Positions 34,059-46,819 of a stretch of DNA of 64,000 nucleotides are shown here, piece after piece (positions within the stretch are counted from its first letter, which is position 1; the number at the start of each line of letters is the position of its first letter). The notes under the pieces were generated by a model, which worked only from the letters and a program-made list of their open reading frames with translations, was not told the DNA's origin and did no database searches. The DNA is from Klebsormidium nitens (taxonomy: Eukaryota; Plantae; Klebsormidiophyceae). The position numbers and the translations under genes were made by a program. Where the stretch lies: the NCBI GenBank assembly GCA_000708835.1, contig DF236979.1, positions 124,001 through 188,000 on the forward strand, in the 5' to 3' direction.

Positions 34059-36549
34059 CTAGACGTGGCATGTTAGACCTGGTCCTGACCCGTTGAAAAA
34101 TTGGCCCGTCCAAGAGTGGCCGTCCTTACCTACGTATGTGCCCGAACCGTGCATCTTGTTTTCGACCCAGTCTCCTGTGTAGGACCGGCCATCTTTCCAC
34201 CGGAAGGCCCCCTTGCCTTGGTACCTGTTCCGCACCCACTCTCCGTCGTATATGGCACCACTCGCATAAGCGAACATACCTGTAGCGGCAGAAGCGGCAT
34301 CTTACCGTTCAAAATTCATTCAAGTACCGAAGACGTCACACGAATCACCCATAGAAAATCATATTGGATTAGAGGAGCAGGGCACCTCGGGCATTCCGAC
34401 GGCCCATTTTATGGAGGCCGGATCACTTGTTTGGAGTGCACTATTCGTGCTCGTCTGGTCAAGCTGTTTCTTTTCGGCATGATCGACCGCGCTCGGAAAA
34501 ATAATGACTCAGGGGCCAGACCCCCCAGCAAAGCAATGCCCTTTTATTTGAGCAACCCTCTTGATTATCTTAAGATGGACTCTGACCACCAACAGTAGAC
34601 TGCTTGCCTAAAGGGAGAGCGGTTTCGCTAGATTAGACAAATTGTTGCTAGGCCCCTTCATTCAAGCCCGTCTTGAACACAGTCGACAACACGCTCCGCA
34701 TACGAGGTCATCCTTGTGAGACAGAATGGCCAAGATTTGACCATTGACCGTTTGCCTTTTGACCCGAGCTTCTCACAAAGCACGAAGACGGATTGAGACT
34801 CCGGACGAAGGTTCTGCATAGCGGGTCTGTTCTGACGAGAATCCGAAAGCCTCCATCTGCAGAAAGCAACGGATATTGGATAAAAGTGAGAGTGGGTAGC
34901 TATGCAGCTTCCACAGGGGACCAACCTAAAAGATTCATCGTTCCCACAGCCAAGTCGGTTCAGATGCAAAGGCGCACCTTTTCCGTGCATCTGATCGTGG
35001 TCCCATTCCCCTGTGTACGAATAAGTCCCATCCACAAAAGTTCCCCTCCCGTGCCGAAAGCGTCTCCCATTCGCCTTTTCTACTGCTGGCGCCGCTGGGG
35101 CCGCGCTCTCATTTGCTGGCAGAGCTTCAAGTATCCAGTCGCCCTCTGCACGGTGAAGAAAGGTTCTCATGATCCAACCAGTCAGGTTGAACCAAGTCTG
35201 AAGCCTCATCATGGAAACCTGGAACATGTGACATGTTGCACCCCAACTCCTCATGGCACGTGGTGTCTTAGGCCGCTTCATCCATGCGGAAAACTTCGAC
35301 AACTTTCAACTTGATCGCTCGATTTCGGCCAACGACTTCTGAGAAACCTAGTGAATAGATCTGAAAGCCGTATCTTTCTTGGCCTAGAAAGTGAGCCAAA
35401 ATCTGTTGGGCTTAATGATTCTCAAGTTGGTGTCCCCGAAAAAGGACCCCAGAGGTACATTCGAGGGCCTACAGATGTACAGGGGAATGGTTTATCTTGA
35501 CCGACAAGTTTGGCCTGATCCTTGGCTTTCTTTCAATCTGCGCAGACACGAGTAGCTATACGTAAAAGAATCAAGATCATAAGAGCACCTTCATCTTGAC
35601 CCGACCACCCGAGTCTGTATCCAGCTCCACAACTGAAAGAAGTAGACCCTCGAGATGCTGGCTAAGTGAAGTTTAGAAAACGTACTGAATAGAGTGAGTC
35701 TGTGTCGGACTTCTTATACAACTTACCACGATAGAGCCTTTTGTCGCAGACCCAGCTTTCTTTTGCTCAGAAAGTAGCCTATCGCATCCCCATCATGTGG
35801 TTAAGATCGGTCACAGCCTGACCTCAAGAATACTAGAAGATTATCAGGCCAACTTACCATATGTGGCCCCGTTCTGATAGTGGAACTTTCCAGAACCTGA
35901 GGTAGGCTCGGGGGCAGCTGCATACAACAAAGGTTGTGTCTGCTTGTAATGATTCTTTCAGCTCCCGAGAGTAAGTTTCGATGTCCTTGTCTGGGAGTCT
36001 TAGCATACCTTGCAGGCTGCTGGATCATCCACAAGATGCACAATCTGCCCAGTCTGTTGGAGTACAGGCGCAAAGGCCTATTCATGTGCAGAAGCAATCA
36101 TCGCAGAAGCTAAGCTTGAGGAGGAAACTCGCTGCGCAACTGTCGTTGAGCTTGTTCAGCGGCTAGAACGTCTGGAACTGCCTTCAATTGCATAACGGAG
36201 AGTATCAGCCAGTGCTCTGATACAAAACTCAGTGTGCTAGTGCACTGATTCTCTGCAGCGTAATCCAAGCCTAATCCAAGCTGCAAGGTCTTTGGCAGCA
36301 TCCCGAGAGACTGAGTTTCATATCACGAAAAAGCAAGGCAGCATTAAGAAAGCACAGCACGAATGGAGATCCTGCGCATTTACCCTGCTCCCCCTCCCCT
36401 GCCTTGTCTCCGGCATCTTTGCCCTTCTTATCTGTGGCCCCTTTTCCCTTTGCATCTGCAGGTTTTGTTTTTTCACTGGGAGTGCCGGGCTTCCTGGGTG
36501 TTGTGTTAGCAGCTGCCGCTGCGGCCGCCGCAGGCGGCTTGCTCGCCAT
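34059..36549 (-). CDS. MORN-repeat protein (MORN2-like), 3 exons
   Basis: Exons 36549-36384, 35145-34978, 34279-34059. MORN repeats RHGRGTFVDGTYSYTGEWDHDQMHGKG, YDGEWVRNRYQGKG, YTGDWVENKMHGSG; Lys/Ala-rich N-terminus. Confidence 0.88.
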
Positions 36550-36810
36550 GCTTCAGGACGATGCTCGATCAGTGATCTGGCCTCGACTTTGTGAGCTCAC
36601 CTCATTGCTTCCTCATTGAGCTCAGGAGTCAGGGTCGGATGTTGCTCAGGATAAGCTGGATACACCTGGCGACACGAAACCATCAGATGTAAACCTCCGT
36701 AGCACTATGAACAGCGCTCCTCCAGAGTGCTCACCCCCTGAGCTCCTCAGCTCCTTGAACTTCTTGCTCCTGAGCTCGAACCCTGAGTTCTGAAGTCTGG
36801 CGGGCCTCAG

Positions 36811-36826
36811 ATTAGGGTTAGGGTTT
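36811..36826. promoter_or_regulatory. Telo-box (ATTAGGGTTAGGGTTT) in the 532-bp divergent MORN/NDUFAF5 intergenic region
   Basis: Motif seen directly between ATG36549 (-) and ATG37082 (+). Function is inferred. Confidence 0.45.
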
Positions 36827-37081
36827 GCATTTGCAGGGGGCACGATTGAGAACTGGGTTCATACCACACAGTTTCAAGTCTACGCCCGCTACTAATTCTG
36901 TCCCCAGGAGACGTACAGCCCCTGCGCCAATGCTGCATGGTACTGTACCGTAGTAGGTAGCTGCGTTGAGCACTGCATCGCTGTTCTGGGATCTCCGCCA
37001 CTGGCGCACCTTAGAACGTCTTTAAAGAAGCGCTTGCATGTTAATCAATCGGAAGGGGCGAGGAGGGGAGGAATAGCTCCC

Positions 37082-40000
37082 ATGGCGCTACGTTCCACAA
37101 TGCTGAGAGGACGTGGATGCCTTTTGCAGAACAATTGCATACTTGATTTTACAGCATTGCTGGCCGGCAGCAGCGCTGGTGGCGCGACAGAGCCTTGTCC
37201 TTCCGCTAGAAGAAAGCTTGAAAGTGGTGCGCATGTTGGAGTAGATATTGAGCAGGGAAGAGACAGCGATGCAAATGAGAAGCTTTTGCATGCAATAAGA
37301 GCATCGTCGCTGTGTCTGCCGCGACTTGGCCACCTTCGGCAGAACATAGAAGTGCGCAGGACCGCTGGAGTGGATGTGGCATCTCCACAGAGCTTTGGAG
37401 CATCATGTTGCAACTCGCAGTTCCTGGCAAGAAGAGGCTACCACAGTAGTGGTGGTGGTCTTCAAAAGGCAGACGTGATCATCCCTCCGCCTGAGAGGAA
37501 AAGGATGCAAGAGACTGGAGACAGGAACGTTGACATCTTCGACCGCGAAGTGAAGAGGAAGCATGTGAGTTGCTGGTCTCGCATCAGAGCCCTCACCTTG
37601 ATGATGTATATCAGCCCAGCAATCATTAAAGACATGCATAAGTATGCCTTCTTGCCCGGAAACCCACATTGTTTGCAACCAAACATTTTGATGCTTTGTA
37701 CCTTTGGTAGGTGGCACTCTCTTTGAAGGATTTCGATGCAAGGGTGGTGCAGCCTTTTGATGATACAGGAGTAGTATTTGCCTTGAGCGCATCCAAGGGT
37801 GGTAAGAGTCTACTTAACATGTACTTACTGTGGTACAGATCCATTCTGATCAGATGTATTGCACAAATTTCTGAAACTGCCAGCGCATGTTGTTTCTTTC
37901 AAATGTGTTGGCTGCTTCAAGCCTGCCTAGCCTCGTTGCCACTTCTCATAAAGTCAGGTCTCTGGAGCAACCATCAATGATCTTGGAGAAGGTATGGATC
38001 ATGATCTGTGTATGTACGGTCTCACCGACTTATCTCTCTTCTGTTCTTGCGTCTCAGAGGGACAGGGCCGCGCTGATTGGCTCCCTGCAAGACCCCTTGC
38101 TAGACCATGTGACTGACTCTCTGCTCGACCGTCTAGAAGACATCAAGCGCGACTTCCCAGTCGCCCTGAGCTTGGGGGGAGCAGGGGATTCTGTTCGGAG
38201 GCACCTGAGGGGCAGAGGTAAACTGCAACTCCATGATGATAACACGTTTAACTGTGATAGCAACACCTTTACTGCGGGAGAAAACGTATGATGAGAGCTC
38301 ATGTGTTTGCCTATGCTCTCTGACAATGTTTTGGATGATAAATCTGGTGATATAAACTCAATAGTCGAACCTGGGGAACGCATTCCAGCACTTGCTCCTC
38401 ACTATGAGTTTGAGTAGCTCATTTTCGACTGGTCTGCAGTCCCCACAGTCGGTCAACAAGCTCCACTCAGTACGTCACTTTTTCTTGATTGACTACTACA
38501 TGACTCTTTCCCGCCTCCATATGTCTCAATTGGTCTCAACCGTCTTCGTTCCGAGATTTGTCTTCTACTGATGGAGGGCAACCAACAGAGAGCTACCCTT
38601 AGGCTTCTCGCCTAGGCCTGCACGCCCCAAGGCGAGGTTTGCTCACAAGCTTTCCTTGCCTTCTTCGTAGGGAACATCCAGACGCTCTACCAGATGGACC
38701 TCTCCCAAGCGATGCTTGACCGTTCGGCCGAAGCGCTCAACGCACCAATCCCCCCCGAAACCCTCTTCAACCCCACAATGGAGGCGCCAAGTACCTCAAA
38801 CCCTTCCGAGCCTCGCTCGCTCGATTCGGACGCATCTGAAGTGCCAAGCACTTCCGGACGTCCGGAAATCCAGTATGTGGTCGGGGACGAGGAGCTGCTT
38901 CCGTTCCGAGAAGAGTCCCTCGATCTAGTTGTGAGCTCGCTGGGGCTCCATTGGGTGAACGATCTTCCGGGGGCAATGATCCAGGCGCGGCGCGCTCTGA
39001 AGCCAGACGGGCTGTTCCTGGCCGCAATGTTCGGGGGCGAGACGCTCAAGTGAGTACTAGGGGCAATTCTCGAAGAGTCTGTTGTCTGACCCGTCACCTG
39101 TTGATTTCCTCTGTTGCTCTGTGTTTGCATTTTTGCGTCCAGAATGCTTTACTAACCGTAAGGGCACTTGCGTTTCTGAGGCGAATCAGAAGGACACGAT
39201 GCAGTGCCGAAGGTCGCTGCGAAGCCACATGAGCGAAAAGTCAATTTAGAAAGTTCCGCACTGTGCAGAGATTGGAAACCTGCTCTGGTTGAGGGATCCG
39301 AGCACTCGTTGCAAAGACACGAGTTTTGATCATGTCGCCAGACTGTCTTTCCCGCAACACGGTATTGTAACTTTCACCTGGGCATTGGTGCATATTGTTG
39401 TTCGGAAACGTTGGCATGGGTGCCGAATATCCAGCTCCACACCTAGGCTCCTCATCGTAGTAACTTACGGTCAGCCGCAAGCGATACTCGCCGTTTCAAC
39501 CTTATCAAAGTAACGCCGGGGAGAAGTGATGAGCATGGCGTTTACCTAGCCACGTGGGTCCCTGAATATCTTGGATCCAATTCCCTTATGCCGTTGCAGA
39601 CGAAGGGGCAGGAGACTTTTCTCACGGTTGTAAGGTTTATGATTTTAGGGGTTTAGGGTGTTTAGTCTCAGGGTGCTAGGGTTTTTACGTGCGGGTCATT
39701 TATGCGGTTTGGCGTCGGGGGTGTGACGCTCTGTAAGGGGCAAGAGGGGTGGCTTTTGAAGGTCGTGGTTTTACAAAACCTTCCGTCAGAGAAGATCGAG
39801 AACTCGAGCGGATCTTGGGTAGCTCGAACCGAGATTTGCTTGGCGCGTCTTCCTCTTGCAGAGAGCTCCGGATTGCCTGCTCGGTAGCGGAACTCGAACG
39901 AGAGGGGGGCGTGAGTCCCCGCGTGTCTCCTTTGGTGCAGGTAAGCCCTCACTTTCGCTCGCGTAGGGATTGCATTTGGTGATCGAAGTCGCCAGAAACT

Positions 40001-42507
40001 GCTCTTGAATCATTCAGTTGCGCGAGGCGTGAGCAACTTCCTGGAAAGTGTCAGATGAGCAGCCACGACGTTTCAAGATGACTGCATAAATTTGTTTGCA
40101 AAGCAACACCGGTCTTGGTAGGGCTGTTTATCAAAGAGTTTCATGAGCATACTCGTTTCGTTTTACCCGTTCGTAGCTTGTCAGGCCCGATACAAAGAGG
40201 GTGCTTTTGACCGCGCACATGAATAACTCCTCCTTCACGGCTGACACATGCCTTTCTTTGCTGCCGACACGTGTCCGTCTCTCACGCAGGTTCGGGACGC
40301 CGGCAACTTGTTAGGCCGTGCTAACCTTGCGCTGCCGGCTGTCGACGTGGACACTTTCACCGTCAACTATCCCAGCGGTCAGTCATTGTTTCAATCTTGT
40401 GTCAATGTAGTCTCTGGCTGGATTTATTTGAACCCCAGCTCTGTTCTGCCTGCGTATGGATGTTCCCTTGCTTCGTGTCTTCGAGATAGCGCACCTGTCA
40501 CTCCATACTTTTTCATTCCTTCTAGGATTCTTGTCTTCTAGAAGTGGTTCAGAATCTCTCATGAAAGAAGGTCCTAAGAATCTTGTCTCTGGAGAAGCAG
40601 TTGGCGCTGACGTTTCACCAGGCCTGTTAGCGACTAGCATTGGATTTCGAAACCCTTCATGTCTTTTGAAACGAACGGATGGATCGTGCCCTCCGTTGCG
40701 AGCTTCTTCGATTCCGCCTCTCCCGGAGAACAATTCACACCCCACCCCGTTCGCTTGCAGCTCTTGAGCTAGTCGAGCATCTTCGCTCCATGGGGGAGGT
40801 CAACGCCGTTAGAAACCGCCGCCTGGTAAGTTTCTGTGTTTACCTGTACCGGTTTGGGTAAAACGGCCACGGTTCCATGACCGTCCAAGTAGAGGCGACT
40901 ATCGGCGAGCCGTCCGATTGCCGAGTATGCCTAGCGGACGAGATTAGGTAGAGTGGTGGCTTGGAACCTGAGGCTTGACGATTCCAGGGGCCACATGGAT
41001 ACGCGCACTCACGTCAGCATGGGTCTCGTGTCACCTGATGGCCCAAGTGACATCTCGAGGGGTCCCGTCAAGATGCTCGTTTCGTGTATTTCAAACTCCC
41101 ATCCACTGGCTCTGGTTTTTCGAGATGATGGCCAAGGTACCGGATGAGAGTCGACTCCGAGAAATGCATTTTAAAAGCTCGCGAGCAATCCTGGGCTCTG
41201 CCGGTCCTTGACCGACGTTCGGGCCGCCAGTCGCCCGCTCACTGATTCAAGGCTCACCTCCTTCACGCAAATGTTCTCGTCACTGTCGTTTCGGTTGGAA
41301 AGGCGCCCGTTGCTTTCATCCCACTTCTCCATGCTTGACCAGAGTTCGCAAGGGCAAACTCGCCCAACGCATCAAAGCCGCAGAAGCTTTTCCCTCTATC
41401 CTGAGGTCGTTTTCAATCACAAACCTCCTCCATTATTTCCACTTTCGTAATAACTCCATCCCGTCCGCCCTTTGGCAGGTTCTCCCACGGGACACAGCGC
41501 TCGCGACCGCCGCTGCATACCAGAGCATGTTTGCGAACAAAGACGGGAGCGTCCCGGCAACCTTTCAGGTGCGCCGACTTTTGCTTACGTGGATGTTAGC
41601 ACTTCACAGACAAAGCTCTTTGCTTGAAACTTGCCGTCCTCGAGGCCTCGCCCATTACATGACCCTGGAAGTGCGAAAATGGACGGTTCAAAATCATGTA
41701 AAGCAGGTTCCTGATTGGCACGTTCCCTGATTGGCACGAGGGTTGCCAATCAGGGGGTTGCAACTTTCTCGCAGAAAGCTGTACCAATTGGAGAGCGCTT
41801 CGTCATAAGACCGCCATTGGGTCCTGCTTGCGCGAATGCCAGCTCTGAGGATACCACGCTCGAAAAGCGCTTTGTCATCAATTTGCCAGAAGCACGATTG
41901 CGCGCTGAGCTTGACCTCTGATTTACCTCGGGCAAGCTGCTGAGATGTTGCTCGGATCGTAAACCAACCGGATCAAATTGGTAGCTCGTAAGTATGCCGC
42001 CGTCGGATGCTAGTCACAATCATCAACCTATTAACTTGGTGTCTGAATTTGGCATTCAAGCGATCCAACCTTTCACGAAGTTTTCCAAGTTCCGCCGAGG
42101 TAGCCCTTTACGGGAAATGGTTAGCGTTTGACTCCCAACCTCGAGATGTGCAGAAGTATGTCACCAGGATGCAACGATTGCTCTTCGGAACGGCTTTGAA
42201 AAAAGAGAGACGCGCTACAGTCTGTGCACTAGGAATGTTCCCTTCGTCGCCTAGCAAAGTGCAACATGGAAGAAAAGACAGCAACTTCCGGTCTGTCCAC
42301 AATCCAAAAAAGTGTCCTCAGGTCTGTACGGCCCAGAACAGTGCGACGACTTGAATCAAGAGCTTTGTCCTTCAGGTGATATACATGGCAGGCTGGGCAC
42401 CTCACTCTACCCAGCAAAGGCCGAGGCAACGGGGTTCGGCTACCGTCTCACTTGAAGACTTGGCCCAGGTTGTGGAATGGAGGCCGGAAGGAAATGACCC
42501 TAAATGA
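37082..42507 (+). CDS. NDUFAF5: Mitochondrial complex I assembly factor NDUFAF5 (SAM-dependent methyltransferase fold), 8 exons
   Basis: Exons 37082-37564, 38058-38217, 38671-39049, 39862-39940, 40290-40377, 40761-40825, 41479-41568, 42376-42507. Motifs [109 protein letters not shown]. The N-terminus is Arg-rich and presequence-like. Confidence 0.95.
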
Positions 42508-45500
42508 GTGGCGCAAAAATGCCTTTTTTCACAAGATGTTGTTGCCTTTTGCTGAGTCGATATCTTTCCGCATGCTTCTGTGTGCTTCATGTTTGCGTAC
42601 TGGTTCCATCATTTTCAAGTAGCTTGCCAGGATTCATCAAGCAGCTCAAGAGTATGACGTCATTCACAGGATTGCATATCCTGTGAAGGTCCCGTGGCAG
42701 CCTACTTAAGTTTTCCTCTTTCTAGATCCAGATCAATTAGTTTCAAGCATAAGATCTCTTTCACTATAATATAACTATTTCTTAACATGGTTAACGAAGA
42801 ACCCAGGTTTTTTTCCAGAATCTAAACGCCTAATGAGGGATTTGCCCATCTATTAGGTGCGTTCCCGGTTCATTTGATCCAGACGGCACAATTGAATACT
42901 CGGGTCCAGGATTTGTCTCTTAAACTAGCTCAAGTTTTCCCTCTTAATATCATGCTACTACCTAGTTGTGACATCGCCGGGGTTAAATAACTCAAGCAAT
43001 GTATTTGCAACATTGCTTATATCCTTTATAGTGAACCACATTTCACGCGTGCGCGTAGGCTTGCTGCATAAGACATTGACCGATCAAATTTGCTTGCTGC
43101 GGCCTAGCCAAGAATTGGGCTTAATGCTGATGTTGGATGGTTTTGATAGGAGGCTACCTACATGTATTCCAAAGCGGACCTAGATTAGGAGAACGGTTGT
43201 ATATGCTCTAGTACATATTCTGCGCTTAAGCATGTGAACATAAGGCTATTCAACTAACATGTTCCGTATTGTACACAACCGGCCCCGCATGATTCCGTTT
43301 GCAATGAAGTTTTGCTTGCACCTTCGGCCTGAGGGCGCCTTGTAGTCGCTATCCATGCTTAATCAAGTCTTTTTGAAACAACTTTTGCTTGAAGTCGTCT
43401 CCAATCTGGATCTGACTCTCATCACCAACTCGCCGGGACCGACTTTCAACGCTTTACTACTATGTATGCATGATGAGCAGTGAGCGTATTACCTAGAAGC
43501 GCACATGTGCGGAGGAGCCGATCGAACGCGGCCGCCAAAGCGCGTGCCCGAAAGGTGCCCGACTCAACTTGAAGGTCCGATCTCAAACTCAGTAGGTAAT
43601 TGAAAGATCAAGCCCTCCGAGTCCAAGTCTCTAGAGTCCTAATTTCAACTGGTGACCTTTCCGGATCCTAGGAGGCGAGTCGCCGACAGGCTCGAAGACC
43701 CGTGGGCCGTACACTCTTACAACACTGAATTCGCCCCAAATTCCAATTCTTGTCTGCCGGCCGACATGCTTGCATCATGCATGACACCTCTTGATGCGAG
43801 GTACCTACCGCCTCCCTACCGCGGGTCAAATTGCCTAAAATGACAGGAGTACAGTAGGGCTAGGAACCCTAACCCTAGGAATCCTAGGTACCCTAAGTTC
43901 TAACTCTGCCTTACGGTACCTTTTACATTTCAAAAGTAGCCACGTGGGCACTTACCGGCCAGACAGGCCGCGCCCACATAAAGCCGGTAGGGTCGGGGTC
44001 CGGGCCCGGGCGGCCCTGGGCCCCTGGGGACGGTGCTTTAAAACCCACCTATCAGACAATTATTAGGTAATTGTCTGATACCAACCTACCGGTAGGCTAG
44101 GATTTTAATACCGAGGTACCTGGGTCTTTAGGTGCATTCAGGTTGGCCCCGAGGATTAGGTACGGCTGACTCCGAGCCCGGCCTCGGCAGGTGTTTTCTT
44201 GAGCCGGCGAACACATCATCGGACGGCCGAGAACACTGGAAAAGGAATCTTTAGGGAGGGTATATTTTGATTCCTTTCCGTGCTTTCAGGGGTTAATCCG
44301 ATAACTTTGAAAAAGTAAGCTGGTGAGAAACGTGGTTTCATGAATCTGATGGCCCGGCGCCAGCTTTTGAGAGCAACCGCGACCGTACGAGACTCAGTCG
44401 GCAGTCGGAATTTCTCAAACAGGTGCGTAGCCTATGGCAGCTACCGGGCGGGCAAGCTTTGCGACCGTTCACACAAATGTCAACTCAATAGGGTCAACAA
44501 CTCCTTGACCATGGTCAACGGCTGACGATCGGCGACGTAATCCCCGTTTGCAAATTGAATGATTGCTGTCTGTAGTACAGTCTGGTACAAGACGTGCGTA
44601 CACCGGATGAACGTCTTGATACTTGAGCCATATGCCGCTCGGCAAACCTCGGTGTCATCGACGTGCTTCCGATCTGGTCACTCTCGATCAAGTAAAGCAC
44701 ATGAAGCGTGTAGGCTTATGAAATAAGATATTGATCATATATGATCCTCTATATATTGTATCTAATCACACAGTACACTTCGAGCAAAGCTAGGCTGGTA
44801 GTGGCTAAATACCCTTTTGGTTTGTCCGAATATATATTGGTAAATGGTCCCTTTCTGGATTTGCAGAGTCGTTTTAGATTTAGTTTCGATGTCGAACCTT
44901 GGGCCGGGCATGTCGTACCCCGGTCCCCAGATTATCGAGGAGATCTAGGCCGGTACCGTACGAGTTCCGACTTTCCGAGACTCAGAGCAACTGCCTGAGT
45001 GGGTACACGTCGCTCGAGCCTCGCAATCGAGGTACCGGCAATCCGGATTGCTTCCAGCCGCCAGCGCAAATAAGCCTACCCCGCACGGCGCACGCCTCAG
45101 ACTGTGTACGTACAGTACGTTGCAAGATGTACCTACACACCAGTGCAGTGCGCACTGCTGTACAGGAGTACCCAGTTGAGTCCGGAGATTTGAACTTGTC
45201 CTTGTGCTTGCGGGCCGGTGAAAACGCAAGCAAAGCAGCTTTGAAGTTCGAAAGCTGGACGCTATTACTACTATTAGTATCAGGCGGTTCAGTCTTCAGG
45301 CGATACAATGCAGCTTGTAAGACAGAGTAGCGGTACCAGCAAACCTCGGGCAAAACTCGAAGCAAGATGCTGGCAGCTTATATGGCCCTGAGGAGCTAAT
45401 CTAAGATCTTATAGGTACCGTAGGTAGGAAAGGGAGAAGGTCGGACAAGATTTGATTCCTTTCTCCATGATGGCAGGGAAAAGATACCTCTCGAGAGTAG

Positions 45501-46819
45501 CAGAAAGGCCCAGATTGCCTGGGCCACGAGTGCCCAGGCACGAGTTCAGTCTGGTTGTGAGTGAGAATGACGCAGCTGGAACGCACCGCATTGAATGCTG
45601 GAGCTGAGAACGTCGCCCACGTCAGGTGGGCTGTTGCCAAATCTAAGCCAGCTGATCGCGCCATGAGAGAACTGAGCTATGGAGTGCAGATGTGCTTCCT
45701 GCGAGAGGTGATCACATGTGGGCAGGATTGGAACCCGGCGAAAAGCCTTACAGGAGCTGATCATATCCTTTTGCCAGCAAACAAATCAGGAAGAGATAGA
45801 CGCAAGAAAGGGCAGGTTTAGTCTGCAAGGAAAGGGAAGCTGTGGATTCATCATATAGGTTCATTGGCGAATCTGTTTGCAGGTGGTTGGAGGGTTTTCT
45901 GAGACTTTCCTTCAGAGTACTTGATTGGTGAGCGCACCAACTCCGGTGCGGTCTGAACAACTAGCTTGTTCGGTTGACAATTGCTCTGAGATTCCACTTT
46001 AGTCTATTGATGGCTTGCAGAGCAAATTCTACACCAGATAAGGCACCTATAAACGTGTCTTGTGTAGAAGCGAGTATTCTGATTGACGCTGTAGGCATGC
46101 GGTTCTTAGCCGGAGTCTTATAAGTCCGATACGAGAAGATTGCATGGGCCACTGGGGTTCTAAAGTCATGAATTTAGTCCAATCCAAAGAGGTGCTGCTT
46201 TTGGCTTTTGTAACTCCCCCATTTGGGTAATATGAAGAAGGCCATGAGCTTTTGCGTCAGATGTTACCTGATTGATCCTTCGCCCGCTGTCTGCCAGTGA
46301 AGCTCTTCTACCGGGGGTTCCCGCTTCATCAAGTCTAGAGTTGCAATGTTGGCAAGCCCCTGTTTGAGGTGATCAGAAGATAGTGACGTGTCTCCGTCAT
46401 CTGGACGAGTTTGTGGCTCAGTCAACGTATCCTGTTAACATCACTTGAAATGAAATTCTACGCCTGAACCTGGTGACTTCAAACAAACCCTGGGGAGAAG
46501 CGGTTTCTGATGCCTTGTCTCTTCTACAGGTTTGATTTTGAGAATCTACATGCCAGAAGCGGTGTTGTGTGGTGCAGAAACTGCACTAGACCCCGGCGTT
46601 GCCAGCAACTTTCCCTCCATACTGCCTAGTATCCAGCCCCGCAAGTCACAAGAAGGTCTTGTCAAAGTGTTCACTTTGCGGATTGAGCTTAGGGTGTGGC
46701 ATTCTACAACCATGAGGGACTTGTAAAGTTGAGCCGAACGGGGTCGGGGTTCCCCATCAAATGCGGGCGACACACTAGGCGGCGGTCTCTGCAGGGATGC
46801 CCTCGCAGTCTCCGCATAC

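Noticed and set aside
44480-44720. Possible GIY-YIG or tyrosine-recombinase remnant on the minus strand (LYLIESDQIGST..; AAYGSSIKTFIRC..)
   Set aside because: The motifs are short, in different frames and not diagnostic. A profile search would be needed.
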